59,831 nt of DNA from Chromera velia (Eukaryota). This document shows positions 33,305-47,100 of the stretch, in pieces. The position numbers and the translations under genes are program-made. Each line of letters starts with the position of its first letter. The first letter of the stretch is position 1. The stretch covers positions 1 through 59,831 of the forward strand of contig JAHBMJ010000007.1 in assembly GCA_018398765.1 (NCBI GenBank). The letters are read 5' to 3'. A model generated the notes under the pieces. That model made no database searches. It saw only the letters and a list, made by a program, of their open reading frames with translations, and was not told the DNA's origin.

Positions 33305-36300
33305 ATGATGCAGAACGCCTGGAGAGGTGCGCTGATCTATCTCTGTGGGCTGGTGTCGGCCTCGGACGAGGTCAGGCGTCTCCTCTCCCGCAGGGTGCTC
33401 CTCCCGAGCGGTTTGACAACTGCCTGCGTTATCGTAAGCCCTCGTACGAACCAAATTTCACAGATAATTGAGGGGCTTGACGCGTCGTCTGACTGCTGCA
33501 TTGACGAATGCGATGACTGGGGTGACCTTGTGATCCTTCCGGGCGGGATAGATCCTCATGTGCATGTGAGTGAGCCTGGGCAGACCTTTGAGGGCTTCGC
33601 CTCTGCCTCAGTTGCCGCCCTTGTCGGTGGAACCACAACCTTCCTCGACATGCCCCTGAACAGCGTACCAGCTTCCACCAGTATGCCAGCCTTGGTAGAA
33701 AAGTGGAAAGCCATGGCAGCAGCATTCAATGGAGACGGAGACGGGGGCGGAGACGGAGACAATCAAGCTCTCCTGGCAGTGGATGTCGGTCTAATTGGGG
33801 GAGCGGTGCCAGGAAACTCCGCCCATTTACCCAAGCTGGCGACTGACGGAGGTGTGCTGGCATTCAAGTCATTCATGCTTCCCTCGCAAAGTGAAGACTT
33901 CCCGGGGTCTGATCTTCCCGACTTGAAAGCGGTAAGTGTAAAGGTCATGTTTTCCTAATTGATCACTCGAAGAGCTCGGTCCGCCTGTCCGTCTATCTTT
34001 CTTGTTTTTATCACGTCTATCGAGAGCGTACTTTTTCAAGAGCGTGGAACCCTTCTCCACGTCTCTCCCCATGATTCCTCTCCCTCCCTGCCGGTGTCTC
34101 CATTGAATTCGCGTCGGCATCCTTGCACAAAGACCACTTTCTCGAGGATGTGGGCTGCCTGCGTGGGTGGATGAAGGAAAAGAAAGGCGAAGTTTAGCAG
34201 TCTCTTGGTTTTTCTGTCTGTAGCTCTGCCTTCACACCCTCCATCCTGCCGGTTTGTCTGTCTCTGCCTGGCTGACTGTCGCTTCTTTGTGCAGACGTAC
34301 AGGGTGCTGGCGGATTCCTTCGGTGCTTCTTCTCCCCCTCTGATGTTGCATGCCGAACTCCCCCCAGAGAGATTTCAATTTGACCCCTTCGGTTGGTCCC
34401 CCCCTCTAGTCCGTCCATCGAGTTGACATAAATAAATAACTAGGTCGTTGTACAGAGGTGGTTTGTTATTGACAGTCGTTCTACAGATGTTCGCTGCCGC
34501 AAAAGGTATAAGCTGGACATGAGGACGTGTGAAAGAGTCCCTCGGAATATCGGTACATGAAATGAACAAACAAACATGTGCAGGGGAGTACGATGGAGAT
34601 GCGCAGAAGTATGCAGACTACGAAAGGAGGAGACCCCCCTCTTGGGAGGTCCGTGAGGCGGGAGGCGGGAGGGTGCATGTGGATAGGCTGACCATCATTC
34701 AAGGGGAAGGATGAATGGCGATGCGAGCTCGTGGGGGCGCTTGTGTTCGAGCAAATGCAAAAGTGCATGTAGACGTGAGTGAGCGCTGAGTGAGTGAGTG
34801 AGTGAGTGAGTGAGTGGGTGAGTGAGTGGGTGGGTGGGTGAGTGAGTGGGTGAGTGAGTGGGTGGGTGAGTGGGTGGGTGAGTGGGTGGGTGGGTGAGTG
34901 AGTGAGTGAGTGGGTGGGTGGGTGAGTGTTGCATGCCTAGAGGGGGCGGTGACTCACTGCGTGTCATTTGGGAAAACTGTAGTGCAGATCACCGGGACAA
35001 TTAATCCAGCCCTGTTTTTTTGTTCTCGCAGGTTGAAGCGATCCATCGGATGACTAAAGTTGTCCTCGGTCAGGCCGTTGTCAGGGAGCAAGAGGACCTC
35101 CGACCTTCAGGTAGTAGTGAGTTGCTGGCAGAGGCTCAGCCTGCCCTTCAGGCTGTCTCTGGGCCCGGCTCCGGCCTCCCCCCTGTTCACTTTGTCCATC
35201 TCTCATCTCCTGAGGCCGTGGATGCTGTGGGTGAGATGCGAGAGACTCTTGCGAAGAGACTGGCTCCGGGGGTCAACGTGACGGTCACAGGGGAAACGTG
35301 TACTCACTACCTTCTGTTCGCATCTGAGGAGATTGGAGACGGGCAGACGTTGTTGAAGTGTGCGCCGCCAATACGGAATTCTACCTCCCGCCTCGAGTTG
35401 GTGCGCCATCTGTTGCATGGAAATGCCCTTGGGAAAAGTAGTAGGGAGAATGATTCTAGTCATGCGCCTCAGGCCGTAAAAAAAGATGTTGCTGTGCCGG
35501 GAGGGAAGGGGGAGACTGGAGTTCTGACCATGGTGACCTCCGATCATTCACCGGCTGAACTGTGGAGGCGGGCGTCGGGGGATTTCAAAAAGTCTTGGGG
35601 GGGGATTGCGGGATTGCAATATCGTTTGTTTGGTCTGTGGACTTCTTTGGTGAAATTCTCACGTGAGGCCTCGCGTTTGGACTCTGGGGGTGGAACAAGT
35701 AAAGAAAAGGAAGAGGGGGGGGACATGCTGAGTGGGCTCCTTTCTCTTCTTTCGTCTCTCTTCTCGACGGGGGCTGCGGCGGCTTTCGGGCTCTCAAGTC
35801 GGAAGGGAGAAATCCGAGAGGGGATGGACGGGGATCTGATCGTATTCGACCCGGAGCATCGTTGGGAAGGTTCGTCAAGTAAGCAGACAGACAGGCAGGA
35901 GATAGGCAGGCAGGCAGGCAGGGAAAAAATCGGCAGACAGATCAGCTGCCGGAGCTCTGGGTGGGTGGAGAGTCATGGACACCATGGGAATGAAACAAAA
36001 GGAAGGCAGAGATGTCGTTGCTTTTATGTGGCATGCGCGATTCCTTTTTTTCTTCCTTCTGTGGACTGGTGCACGCAGTGTCTTCCACAGGGTCCGAAGG
36101 CGAGATAAAAACCTTCTCGGACAGCACATGCAAGCACGCCTCCTGATGTGAGTGACTTCGACAGTTTGTGCACGCTGCATTTGATGATTCATCCAGTGCG
36201 TATGCATGTTTGTTTTGTTGTGATTGCCTGCAGTGGCATCGACAGGGTGTCTCCATAGGCACCCGGAGTCCGGATTCGATGGGAGGACCTTGAGAGGGGG

Positions 36301-36787
36301 CGTGGCGGCGGCGTACGTGGGGGGGGGTCTGGTTTTTGCACAGAAGTGTGGGGAGGGCAGCATGGGGAGAGGGAGTGCACGGACGCTGGGGAGTGCCAAG
36401 ACAAGGAGGCCTTGCTTGAAGGAACAGGAGGAAAAAGAAGGTGGAAAAAGTGAATCGGACCAGCGTGCTCTCATTTTGGAGTGTCCACCAAGTGTGCCTT
36501 CGCGTCTTGTAGAGAAAGAGGAGGCTGGGCAGGGGAATTTTCCTATTGTCCAGCAGTGTGTGATCCTCAGGGGTAAAGGCCGTCTTCTGTTTCGGAATGC
36601 GTCTCCTTGCTCTTCATCTTCGTCTTCTGCTCCTCCTTCTGATTGTTTGTCTGTTTCAGTACGACGCGAGACTCCATCTTCACTGTTGAATGAATACTCT
36701 TTCAAAGCTCGAGAGAAACCTGAAAAGGGGTACACTGGTCGTTCACAGCAACAGGAAGATCAACAAGAGAAAAAGGATGAACTGTAA
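33305..36787 (+). CDS. allB: Allantoinase (cyclic amidohydrolase), with a possible N-terminal signal peptide
   Basis: LPGGIDPHVHVSEPG, GGTTTFLDMPLNSVP, LMLHAE, RPPSWE, VHLSS, GETCTHYL, KCAPPIR, SDHSP, WGGIAGLQ and LHRHP. Exons approximately 33305-33931, 34295-34391, 34584-34648, 35032-35869 and 36233-36787. Confidence 0.92.
34775..34928. repeat. (GAGT/GGGT)n microsatellite in allantoinase intron
   Basis: Direct reading. Confidence 0.9.
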
Positions 36788-37975
36788 ACAATACGCTTCT
36801 AGATCATAAACCCGTCTGGACATGAATCTTCCAGTGCAGGTTCACTTGAGAAGCTCAGACTAGGGCTGAGGTCATAGAAAAATATAGAGAAAGCTTCAGG
36901 ATACATTTCACCGGAAATTTTAATTTTTATAATGTTTCATGCAGTCCTTTCTGTTATGTGCTGGGTTGTCCTTTTCTTGATCGTGATTAGTGAACGCTTT
37001 TCAAATCAAAAACGAAAAAAGGTTGTATGTAATTTCAGTGATACTTAGAGTGATACGTATCGGCTAAATATCTAGCTAATTAAATTTTCGGAGTTTAGTT
37101 AGTTTTAACAACCATGTTACAACATACCGTTTAGCATACCGTTTTACAAAATATCTAATAATTCTAAGCTGCCTCCAAGCCTGTCTTCGGGTAGCGATTC
37201 TACTAGCGAAGCCAGCTACTAGTAGTGATTCATTGATCCATTGAATCCGATTCATTCAGGCATAACAGACTATATTCTTTAGTATTCTTTAATTAACTAA
37301 TATCTAACGAACTATAATAATTAATTTTTTATGTAATCTTTGAAACTAGAGGTGAAAAAGATAGGGAAAAAGTTTTTATAGAAGAATAGAGGAACTAATT
37401 TACAATCTGACAATTCGAGTCAAATGACAATTAATCTAAGTAACGATTAATAAAAGTCCTAGTAAAAGTCGGGACTCGCATTACAGACAAAATTATATAA
37501 AATCTAGTACAAAATGAATTATTTTAGTACCTTTGTATTACAGTTAGCTTTTTTTTTCTAATTTCACTGAATTTGTTTATTAAGAAAACAAATAATAAAG
37601 AATAATGAACAATTATGACTAGATCGAATTATAAAGATCTTTCAGATTTCAGTTATATTTTTTCAATGTTTTATAATACAACTTGGTCCCTTAGATTTTT
37701 AATTAGTTGAAACGTTTATCAATATTTTCAAACTGTTGTTATTACTTGTTAATTTGAATGATAGTACAACATTTGCACTTTGTTGAGAAATCTGTTTATA
37801 GGGATATAAAGAAGGTCAAGACCTCCTCATCCATTGATGGCTTCAAATCTTTTGAAGTTGCATTTACGGAAATTGAGTCAATTGAGTGTTGTAGCATAAC
37901 TATAGGCGGTTTTCTACCGTTTTCTACAAGCAGTTGTGACATTTTCTCCATCAATGTGTGGAGCATTCTGCCAAA

Positions 37976-40159
37976 TCAGTGACGGTGGCTGTTTGGAAGA
38001 CCCGATGACATCCAGCTGATTCGGCCGTCTCTCTCTGCTGGGTTGACCTTGATCATGTCTTCGGTGGCCGACGCGCGATCACTTTCATTCTGGGGGAGGG
38101 GATTCGAGCCTGGAGCGTCCGCACCTGCGTCGCTCGAGTCTTCATCCTGGAGTAGTTTTTTGTCTGCTTCCGCCGTCCCCGTTGGAACGTCGTTGTGGGG
38201 CAGGGTGTGTTCGATGAGTCGGGGGTAAGCCGCCTGGTCCATCAACGAGTCTCCATCCGCCTCAATTTGGGCAACCACTTCGCTACAGCATAAAGGCGGG
38301 GAAAGACATAGACACATGCAATCTTGAGGTGGCTGTTGCTTTTATAAGCGCCATTTGAAGTAGATGAATGTCTGGCAGCATGTTTCTCTTCTTTCTGGAA
38401 GCACGGCCGAGACGGATACAGACCGACCATGCATCGTAAAATAGCGAAAAAACAGTGAACCAGAAAGGAGATGAAAAGACAGAGGGGGTGTGCGAGTTTT
38501 GGGCAGTGACGTTGTTTTTCTCTTTCTTTTATTTCCCACGATGAAGTGTGTCATGGTGTATTTGCGGGAATGCGAGGGAGGACTGCACAGTAGATGCAAA
38601 GAGTGCATCTCTTGTGCAAACTCCCCCTAGGAAAATACAGACGCACAAGCAGCTTCCAACATTTCAAGTTTGTGAATTGCTGCGCTATAAAAACAGCATG
38701 AAAGGAGGGCATGAGCTCTGACTCGTCCAGACGCGGCCTTCAGAAGGAGATGGAATTTCATTCGTGCGCACGCAGCAATATAATAACAAAATCTAGAATG
38801 CGATTGGGGGCTGCTCGCTTGTTCGATTCTACTCACCCGATCATGTTGATGGGTCTGCACGCGCATTGACACACGAAGAGATCTCATGCAGAGAATAACA
38901 AACATTCGTGCACGAACAACGAAGGATACCAGCGGATTCAAGCTGGTAGACATATGAGACTTGACAGGCAAATTGTGAGAATTTCGTTTTACTATTTGGA
39001 TTGAAAGAGCAGGAAGGAAGGAAGGAAGGAAGGATCACTTCCGTACATGCATGGTATGTAAAGGAGGCAGTCAGAATCTTTGACTGAGGTTCAAAAGCAG
39101 AGCATCGAACTGTGACCACTTCTGGTCGCTCAATTATGAGAGAGGATCGCATGATTGTTTCCGACCTTTCTCCAGAGTAGCAACAGGTACTGAAACGTTC
39201 TGATGCGAAGCCCTTTAAGAAAGGCAGGAAGGATGACGCAAAAAAACATTCACACACATCACAAACACACCCACAGACATACACATGCACACTCACACAA
39301 ACACAGAGCAAGCCCGCACGCACACAAGCACGCACATGTTAGGATACTCTTTTTCTGGCACAGAAAAAGTTCTCTGTCACGCCTCAGCTGACACTGTCTT
39401 GTCGTCTTTTGCGGCGAACGTGGCGGCATCAAGATCAGCAACGGAGGAGATGAAGTCGCCTCTGCAAAAAGATAGACAGAGAATCCGACAATTAAGGGTA
39501 CAGCTATATACACGTATATACACGGCAGCAAGACAAAGAGACAAAGAAGAGAGGACGGATGAGTCGCAGAGAGAGAGCGAAGGGGAAATACAGAAAGTGA
39601 GAGAGATACAAGAATAGGCGAGAGACGATGGAGAGAAGGATGGTGGGAGAAAGAGCAAGAGAGAGAAGAAAGGAACAGGAGAGAGGAGGGGCGCGCAAAA
39701 TCAAAAGAAATATCACAGAGTCAAGACAGAGAGAGGATAAGGCAGACAGTGTCAACTTACAGCCGCTGTTTCCGAGAAAAGGTGTCGAAGTCGAGATCCT
39801 TGGGCTCGGCACTGCATGCAAAAGAGATGTTATGACAAGGGATCTCAGCTTTCAAGGGCGAGAGAACAAAAAGCGGGCACCCACGTCTGTGTCTTCCGAC
39901 GATGCTCACCGGTCTCTCTCTTTCTCTTTCCCTTTGCTCAAGCAAAGACAAGAGGCAGAATGAGCTGGAACAAAAACAAGCAAAGCGCAATGAGTCAGAT
40001 TCGAAGGAAATCTGTGTGCTCCACTTTGAGCTGAAAGCGCCACTCTGAGATGAAACCCTCAAAAGAGCCGCTACTGATTTCAGCAGGAATGAAGTGTGGG
40101 GGTAGATGTGCATTGAAAGGTGAAAACACGACAACGTTTCGATTTGAGAGCGTGCAGAT

Positions 40160-40198
<39 letters not shown>

Positions 40199-40439
40199 AA
40201 CAAACAAACAGACAGACAGATAGACAGACAGACAGACAGACACATTTAGGGACCTACTCAATAAAGAAGGTTCAAAAGGAGTGACCACAAATCAGTCGAC
40301 AAGGGTGAATTGACACAGAGAAAAACAAACGGGTAGCAAACAGACGATTCAAGCATGTCACACGTCTCTCTCTCTGAATGACTGACTCAACGTAAAAAGG
40401 GATGTTCCTGCACACAAACACACACACACGCACAATCAC

Positions 40440-40481
<42 letters not shown>

Positions 40482-41196
40482 GGAAGAGGAGGAGGAAGTA
40501 CAGGAAGAAGGTTTCTGAAATCCAGACAGGACTGCACGCACGCCCATCAAATCCTTATGGACGGCCTTCATTCGACCTCTTTCTTTGTTCCTCTTCCTTC
40601 TTCTGCTTCTTTGCCCTTTCGGTTCCCCAAAATTCCCTTTCGGTTTCTCAAGATTCCCTTCTGCATCCTTCCCATCGGCTTGTCTCTTTCTGGCTCTGCT
40701 CTGGACGTGCAGAGAAAATGAAATTCAAGGAGTCAGAGATCTTGCACAACAGCGGATCAACACAAAAGAGAGAGCGAAGACATGCGTCTTGATCATCCCC
40801 GCTTCTTTCCTCTGTTGTATTGGACTGACTGCCATCTTTTTCGGAGGGCCTCCAGACGACTGCAAACAAGCAAGCAAGACAGAAAGAAACAAAGAAAGAA
40901 AGAAAAAAAGAAACAAAGAAATTGAAAAAAATGAATTCAACTGTACCTGATCGAAAAGGCTCCCCAGGACTCTACGTACGCCAGCCAAAATGGTGTTTTG
41001 TTTCTTCGATTCATGGTTCGGAACGCCAAGAAATTGTTCCATCCGAAGCACATCGTTCTCATCACAGCTGCTTGGAAACAATTGATGTTTTACATTTCTT
41101 TCTCCAGAGCACCTCGGGGCATCTCGGGGAGGCACATTTTTTCTCAATCTTTCCAGCAGCTGGGAGAAATCGTGAGCGAAAGAAAGAAAGAAAAAG

Positions 41197-41237
<41 letters not shown>

Positions 41238-41524
41238 AGGAAAGAAACACAGGAGCCAGAAAAGGAAGCAGGGACATGCAGAGAGATTACCACATTTCCA
41301 CACAGTCAGGTTTCATCGATCGGCCGTTTTCGATTATGTTTGATTTGGGGCACAAACCCAGAAGAGCAAATCCACGTATTTATTTCCCTTTCGAAATTGA
41401 TAGGCAAGCCCCATATTTCTTTCGACTGACGGGCCATTCTCTACGTTCCCGCCGTGGATTCGTTTCTCTCTGCAGACACATTGACATTGTGGTGTGTGCA
41501 CACGAGAGACAAAGTGTGTGTGTA

Positions 41525-41570
<46 letters not shown>

Positions 41571-41580
41571 GGAGAGAGAA

Positions 41581-41617
<37 letters not shown>

Positions 41618-41664
41618 CAAACACAAACACACACAAACACACACAAACACACACACACACACAC

Positions 41665-41697
<33 letters not shown>

Positions 41698-44050
41698 TGA
41701 GTTGAAAGGGCAACAGGCATTCAACCGATTGATCTTCATGCATGTGCATGCTCCACTTTCTTTCATGTGCGTGCTCCACTTTCTTTCTGAAGGAATCTTG
41801 ATGGAGCAAAGCTCGAATCAACAGAGACACGAAAAGATCACGAATGCGGATGTGTGCAGATTCATTGAAAAGAACAATTCCCATAGAGCCCCGTGCCGAT
41901 TTTTGCTGGCATGTCATTGAGCATGAGCATTCGCGTGAGCAAGAAAACCACGCAAGAAGAGCCATGCACCGAGAGTAGGCAGCTGACTGACGTTTTGCGA
42001 CGCCTGCAATGGACAGAAGTTGAAAACAACGAAGACAGGGCAACTATTTGAAATGAAACAGGTAACGTGCGACCACTGAAAGGAAGAAAAACAGACAGAG
42101 ACAGTTCACTTGAATAAAGGCAAAGCAACAAACAGACAGGCAGACAGAGAGAGACAACGCTACATGAGAAAGCCTGGCAGCAAAACGAGTCGAGACCCTA
42201 TTGACTGGAGGAGCAGAGATAGAAGGCCTTTCCGTGAGTAATCACTGTGGACCGTTTTCAAGAGCTCTCACACTGAAAACCAATCCCACTATTGCTCTCT
42301 CCATATGTTCTCCTCGACCAGAAAGGCGCGCTTCTCAATTGACTGACTCTGCGTCCCTGTAAGGAAAGGGGACAAAAGAAGACGAGGGAGGGAAGCAAAA
42401 AGTTGTGCATAAATATAGGGACAGAGGGAAAAGGCAAAGGAAGCAAAGGAAGCTTTGCAGAGATCTCAATTACGTGCCGTCTCAGTGCGAAAAGACTGTA
42501 GAGCGAAATCTCCGCTGTTTTGGTGCTTTGGATCACACCCAGATATATCATCCAAAACCCTCTGGAATGCTCAAATAGCGTTGCACGGTTTTCACTTGGT
42601 ATAAGAATGTCAAAGGCTCACTTTTGATAAAAATCCATGTCCATGAGTCTTTACTTCTGTCTAAAAAATGCTTCAGAGCTTAATCAACCAGAAGCTCGTT
42701 TACATGCCGGGCAGAGGAAAAAGCTATTTGGGGGGAGAAAGACATCGAAGACAGATAAGCAGCTTTCTCTACTTGAACACCTGACTCACAGAATGAAGCT
42801 GGAAGACCCGGCCGGAGAGAGGAGGCAGGCAAACAAATGATCAGGCAGGGGGGGGCACATGGAGGAGGATGGATTTGCGATCAGGGGATCTTCTGGAGTG
42901 ATTGCATGTGAGGGGCACACCGTGCTGAGGTAAAGTCAGTGGAAGGAAGCAGAGCTTCAAATGGAGCTGCAGTAATGGGCTGCAATTAATGTTGACGGAA
43001 GTCTCTGTCACACAATGCAATCGAAGAAAACGCAAACGTCAAGCAGTCAACTGAAGAAGAAACGACATAAATGAGAGAAAGACGGTCACTGTTTCCCATT
43101 TTCATAGAGAGAGAGAGGGGGGTCTTTTGAGTCCGGAAAAATAAAAGTGACGAAACTTTAAGGCTTTTCAAGCGGCACTTTCTTCTCTTCTGAAGGTAAT
43201 GCTGCATGGGCGAGCTGCAATGCGCCAGCCTCTTTCTTCACATAAAAATTCCCTCCAGCTTTCGATCGTTAACTTCACAGGATTGCTGACTTTCGATTCT
43301 CCCTGCAAGCAATCACCAGGGTATCAAAGATCAGAACACAAAAAATGATCTCAAAAAACAGATAGGGCTCTTTCTGGAGAAGATGCTGCAAGCCAGGATG
43401 CGAACTTAACCCTTCAGCAAATGACCCCATGCATAAAAATAATTTCTTTCCTAAATTGCCTTTTCTTTCCTGAACAACGTTACGCGTGCTCCTTCGAAAC
43501 AGACTCACCAACCAAGGACAGTCCAGGAACAACGAAAAAAGGACGCCCCGTCGTATCGAGTCTTTTATCTTCCTTTCTTCCTTCCTTCCTTCCTTTGTTC
43601 CTTCCTTCCTTCGTTCCTTCCTTCCTTCCTTCCTTCCATACTCACTCACTCACTTACTTACTTACTGACTCACTGACTCACAGATGTTGCGGCGTGTTGC
43701 TGCAAGGAGAGGAGAAAAAAGAAGGTTGAAATGTATTTGAGCGAAGCACGGAGACTCTTCTAATCACTTTCGAGAAACTTCCCGCAGACCTTATCTCTGC
43801 ATGGCAGAGGGTTCCGATCCTTCGAAGATTTTGATTTCCTTTCCACTCACGAGGATCTAGTCCTACAGCATCATGTAGTTTTGCTTACACCTCCCTCCCA
43901 TTACTTAACAAAACCCGCATGTCCCTTCAGCCCTTTGATCAAACCGGAATGACTTCTCCAGTGCTTCAGAAGAATTTCAATGAGCAGAAAAGAGCTAGGC
44001 AGCAAGGACTCGAAGATGTCCTCGTCCAGATCATGTCGGGACGAATTAAA
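37976..44050 (-). CDS. Multi-exon hypothetical protein region (separate gene, or 3' end of the giant gene starting at 59063)
   Basis: Short AG/GT-bounded protein-like segments, e.g. 38283-37976 ...RISWMSSGLPNSHRH*, ~39462-39345, ~40708-40541, ~41160-40979 and ~42357-42165, between microsatellite-rich introns. No family recognised. Confidence 0.4.
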
Positions 44051-44119
44051 CCGACTGAAATGAAGAGTGTATGAATGCATTTAAAGCGAAATTCAAAGAA
44101 ATTGACAACAAACTTATAT

Positions 44120-47100
44120 GGGGTCGACCATCTTTTGGTACTCCTTCTTGGCTTCTTTCTCTACTTTATCTTTTGAAACCCCGGGATCGTCGCTTCCCAT
44201 GTTTCCGTTTCTCTGTCCCCCTCTCCCTTGTTCTTCTTCATCTGCTGAGCCAGCGTCTTGGTTTTCTTCCGATTCTCTCTCGCGCTATCTCGCAGCTTGT
44301 TTCTCTGCCTGCCCAGACATGTCATCCAGACCCATCGAGACCTCTGACTCTCCTGCGTCTTCTTTCTCACCCCTGCGCTGTTGCTGTTCTTCACCCTCAT
44401 TTTGTCGGGTCTGTTGCTTCTTCTCAATCATCTCCGGGGTCTGTCCGGTTAGTACACCGCCAGAAACGTGTCCATGCAGCTGTATCACCAGAGGAAGTCG
44501 TGGTGCTCTCTTCTGCTTTTGAGTTTTTTGGACGGAATGAGGGCTCAGAGGGTGGAGGGTGTGCAACCGTTGTAATTCGAGCTTTTCTGTGAAGAAGGGA
44601 ATACTTGAATTTTTGTGCTGACCCTTGAAGCGAAGTTCTGTGGAGAGAGACTTCAAGGCATTCGAGAGAAAGTGGGAGAGTGAAGCAGTGACAGGAGCAG
44701 CTGCTTGGGGATGATGGCTTAGACTCTTTGTCGAAACTTTTGAGAGCCTACTAATCGAATCGTGTGTATTCAGTTTGACAAATTGGTTGTCAGACTGCCC
44801 GGTCCGCTTTCCTTCAGTCGTCTTGAACAGGTTTTCGACCCATCCCCAAAATCCTCCTGACTGTTTCTCGCCTTTTCTCTCTCCTTCTCCCTCTCCTTCT
44901 CTGTCACCAGGCGGCCCATTGGAAGGAGTCTGAGAGTCTGCCATTTTATTTGTGTCCGTCAAACGCGTCTCTGTGGAAATCTCTGGAGACCTAGTCTCGG
45001 TCTCGGCATCTCCCTCTTGCACTTCTCTCTCGTGACTTGGAGGCACGTGAGAGAGATGTGCTTACTCTTGAGAAGCCCTGTTACCGAAATGGTTTGAGAA
45101 GTTTGCGCTTGAATGGGAAGTAGTCATACGGGAGTCTGATAAGGAGTTGGAGGAGGTTGAGGGGTCTTGATGCTGTTGAGAATCAAGGGCCAGGGTCGGA
45201 AAGGGGGTCCCTGGAGCGGAAGTGACAGCTTCACTTAAGCGTTTCATGTCGGGAATGTGGATTGGCTCCTCGATGTGGCCATTCTTGTTCGCAAACTCCT
45301 GATCCCAGAGCAGCTGCTGCTGTGTCCATTTCGTTTCCCGGAACATCTCTGGCGTGACGGGTACGCCCGACGAATATCTCCGTCTGCTGCTTTCCGTTCG
45401 CGTTCTTTCTTGTAAATTCATCAAATGATGGAGTTTTTTCTCCCGCTTTGAAGACTGGCTCGCCTTCCAGCCGCGTGTCGCCAGGACTTGAGACGCTTCC
45501 TGTGACTCGTCAGAATTCGATTTGACCTTCGTTCCCGGGATTTTGAGTGGGCCCTTCAGGATGGAAAGGAGAGAGTGGGGGATGTTTGAGTCCTCATCAC
45601 GAGCAAGAGTCCGCAATCGCTCGCTCATGTTGTCCATCCGTCGCTTCCTTCGGACCTTCTCAAAGCGTGCCCATATTCTAGAGGCCATACTTTGAGCCTC
45701 TAGATGCTGAATAGAGTCTGTCCCGGGGTCGTTCTCAACTTCCCACCTGTTCCGAGAATTGGGGTCTTCGAATGCTTTTGTCTCCTTGACTTCGTCCTTG
45801 GAAGGTTTAGAGCGAAGGGCTGCAGCGGCTTTTTCGGCTTTCTTGCTCCAGTCAATTTTCAAGAGGGAATCGGTGCGCGGGGATTTACGCTTGGGAGTGT
45901 GGTTGCGTCCGTCGGTAACATCTCTGAGTCTGGTCTCAAGAATCGCCAGCGCTCTCTTTCGCTTTCGCTTTCGCTTCGGCTTCGACTCCGACTCCTCTTT
46001 CAAGGAATGAAAAGCAGAAGAAGAAGGGGGAGCTTTCGCTTTTCTTCGTGGACTGTGGACTGATAACGAGGAGAAAGAAGGTGCCCCTCCGATCTCATTG
46101 TGTAATTCTGTTTCTTTTTCGTCTGCTTTCTTCAGATCTTCTTTTGCTTCGTTTAACTTTTCGATCATATCATCTCGAGCTTTCTGGTCGGTCTCCTTGC
46201 CGTCCTCTCCGGGGGGCATTCCAAGTTTCTCCAACTTCCCTGCAGCATCACATTGAATTTATCGCATGGGTGTCTATTCTGTGACAAACACATTTGTGCC
46301 ATTTGTTGACCCATACGAAACGTATACTCAGGAAAGCTTCTCTGTTGTATGCATCCTCAGGAAGGACTCCCTCATGCAAGAAGGCGCATCCAACATCCCT
46401 GCATGTTGTATGTAATAAATGACTTGTGAGGCATTGCAAAAGCAGGGAGGCAGAAAAGCAAGAATACGATCGTATCATCCACCCTCCGAAATTTTCATCA
46501 AGAGAGCGAACGTATCTGGAGACAGAGACTGGGAGGCACTGATTTTTCTTACGACCATTTTCTTGTCGCGGATATCCACCATCTCCGTTTCAACCAACAC
46601 CATGCATGCATGCATGTACACGGAAATGTATGCAGAGAGACCGACCAAAGTTTTCTTTGCCGACAGATTCTTTGTAGAAGGATTTCTCCTCCATACCAAG
46701 TCCTTCCTGTACTGCTTTGAGGGGCTCATCAAAAAAAGAAGCCAACCAAGCTTCCCTGACAGCCTTTTTGCGCTTGATGAACCACTCTAAGGTGCCCTCT
46801 AGATCCTTCTGCACTTTTCCTCTCATGGCTGAAACTTCATCCGCAACCTCCTGGGCTTTGTTTGCTTTGTCTATCATAGGCTTTGCTTCCTCTTCTACCG
46901 TTTCTACCGCCTTTTTCTTCTCTTCTGCAGCTTCGTCCACTTTTCTTTTTTCTTCTTTTTTCTCCTCAATCTTTGACTCTGATTCTGCAACCGTCTTTTC
47001 CGCTTCTTCTTTGACTTTTTCTTGGGCCTCTGCCTCTTTTTTTGCTGCTTCCTCTTCCTCTCCTGCTTTTTTAACTGCTGCCTCTAACGCATTTTTTTCG

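Noticed and set aside
20165..36787. Genome-wide TAR=Gln genetic code
   Set aside because: The PPPDE-like gene, COG1 and allantoinase appear to end at TAA, and their long exons contain no in-frame TAR.
36860..37750. CTAGGG-starting AT-rich tract as another TIR element
   Set aside because: No matching right TIR or TSD found.
45036..45065. 30-nt GT-AG micro-intron that would remove the TAA at 45062
   Set aside because: Possible in frame, but far shorter than other introns here and it cannot explain the other four stops; not excluded without cDNA.
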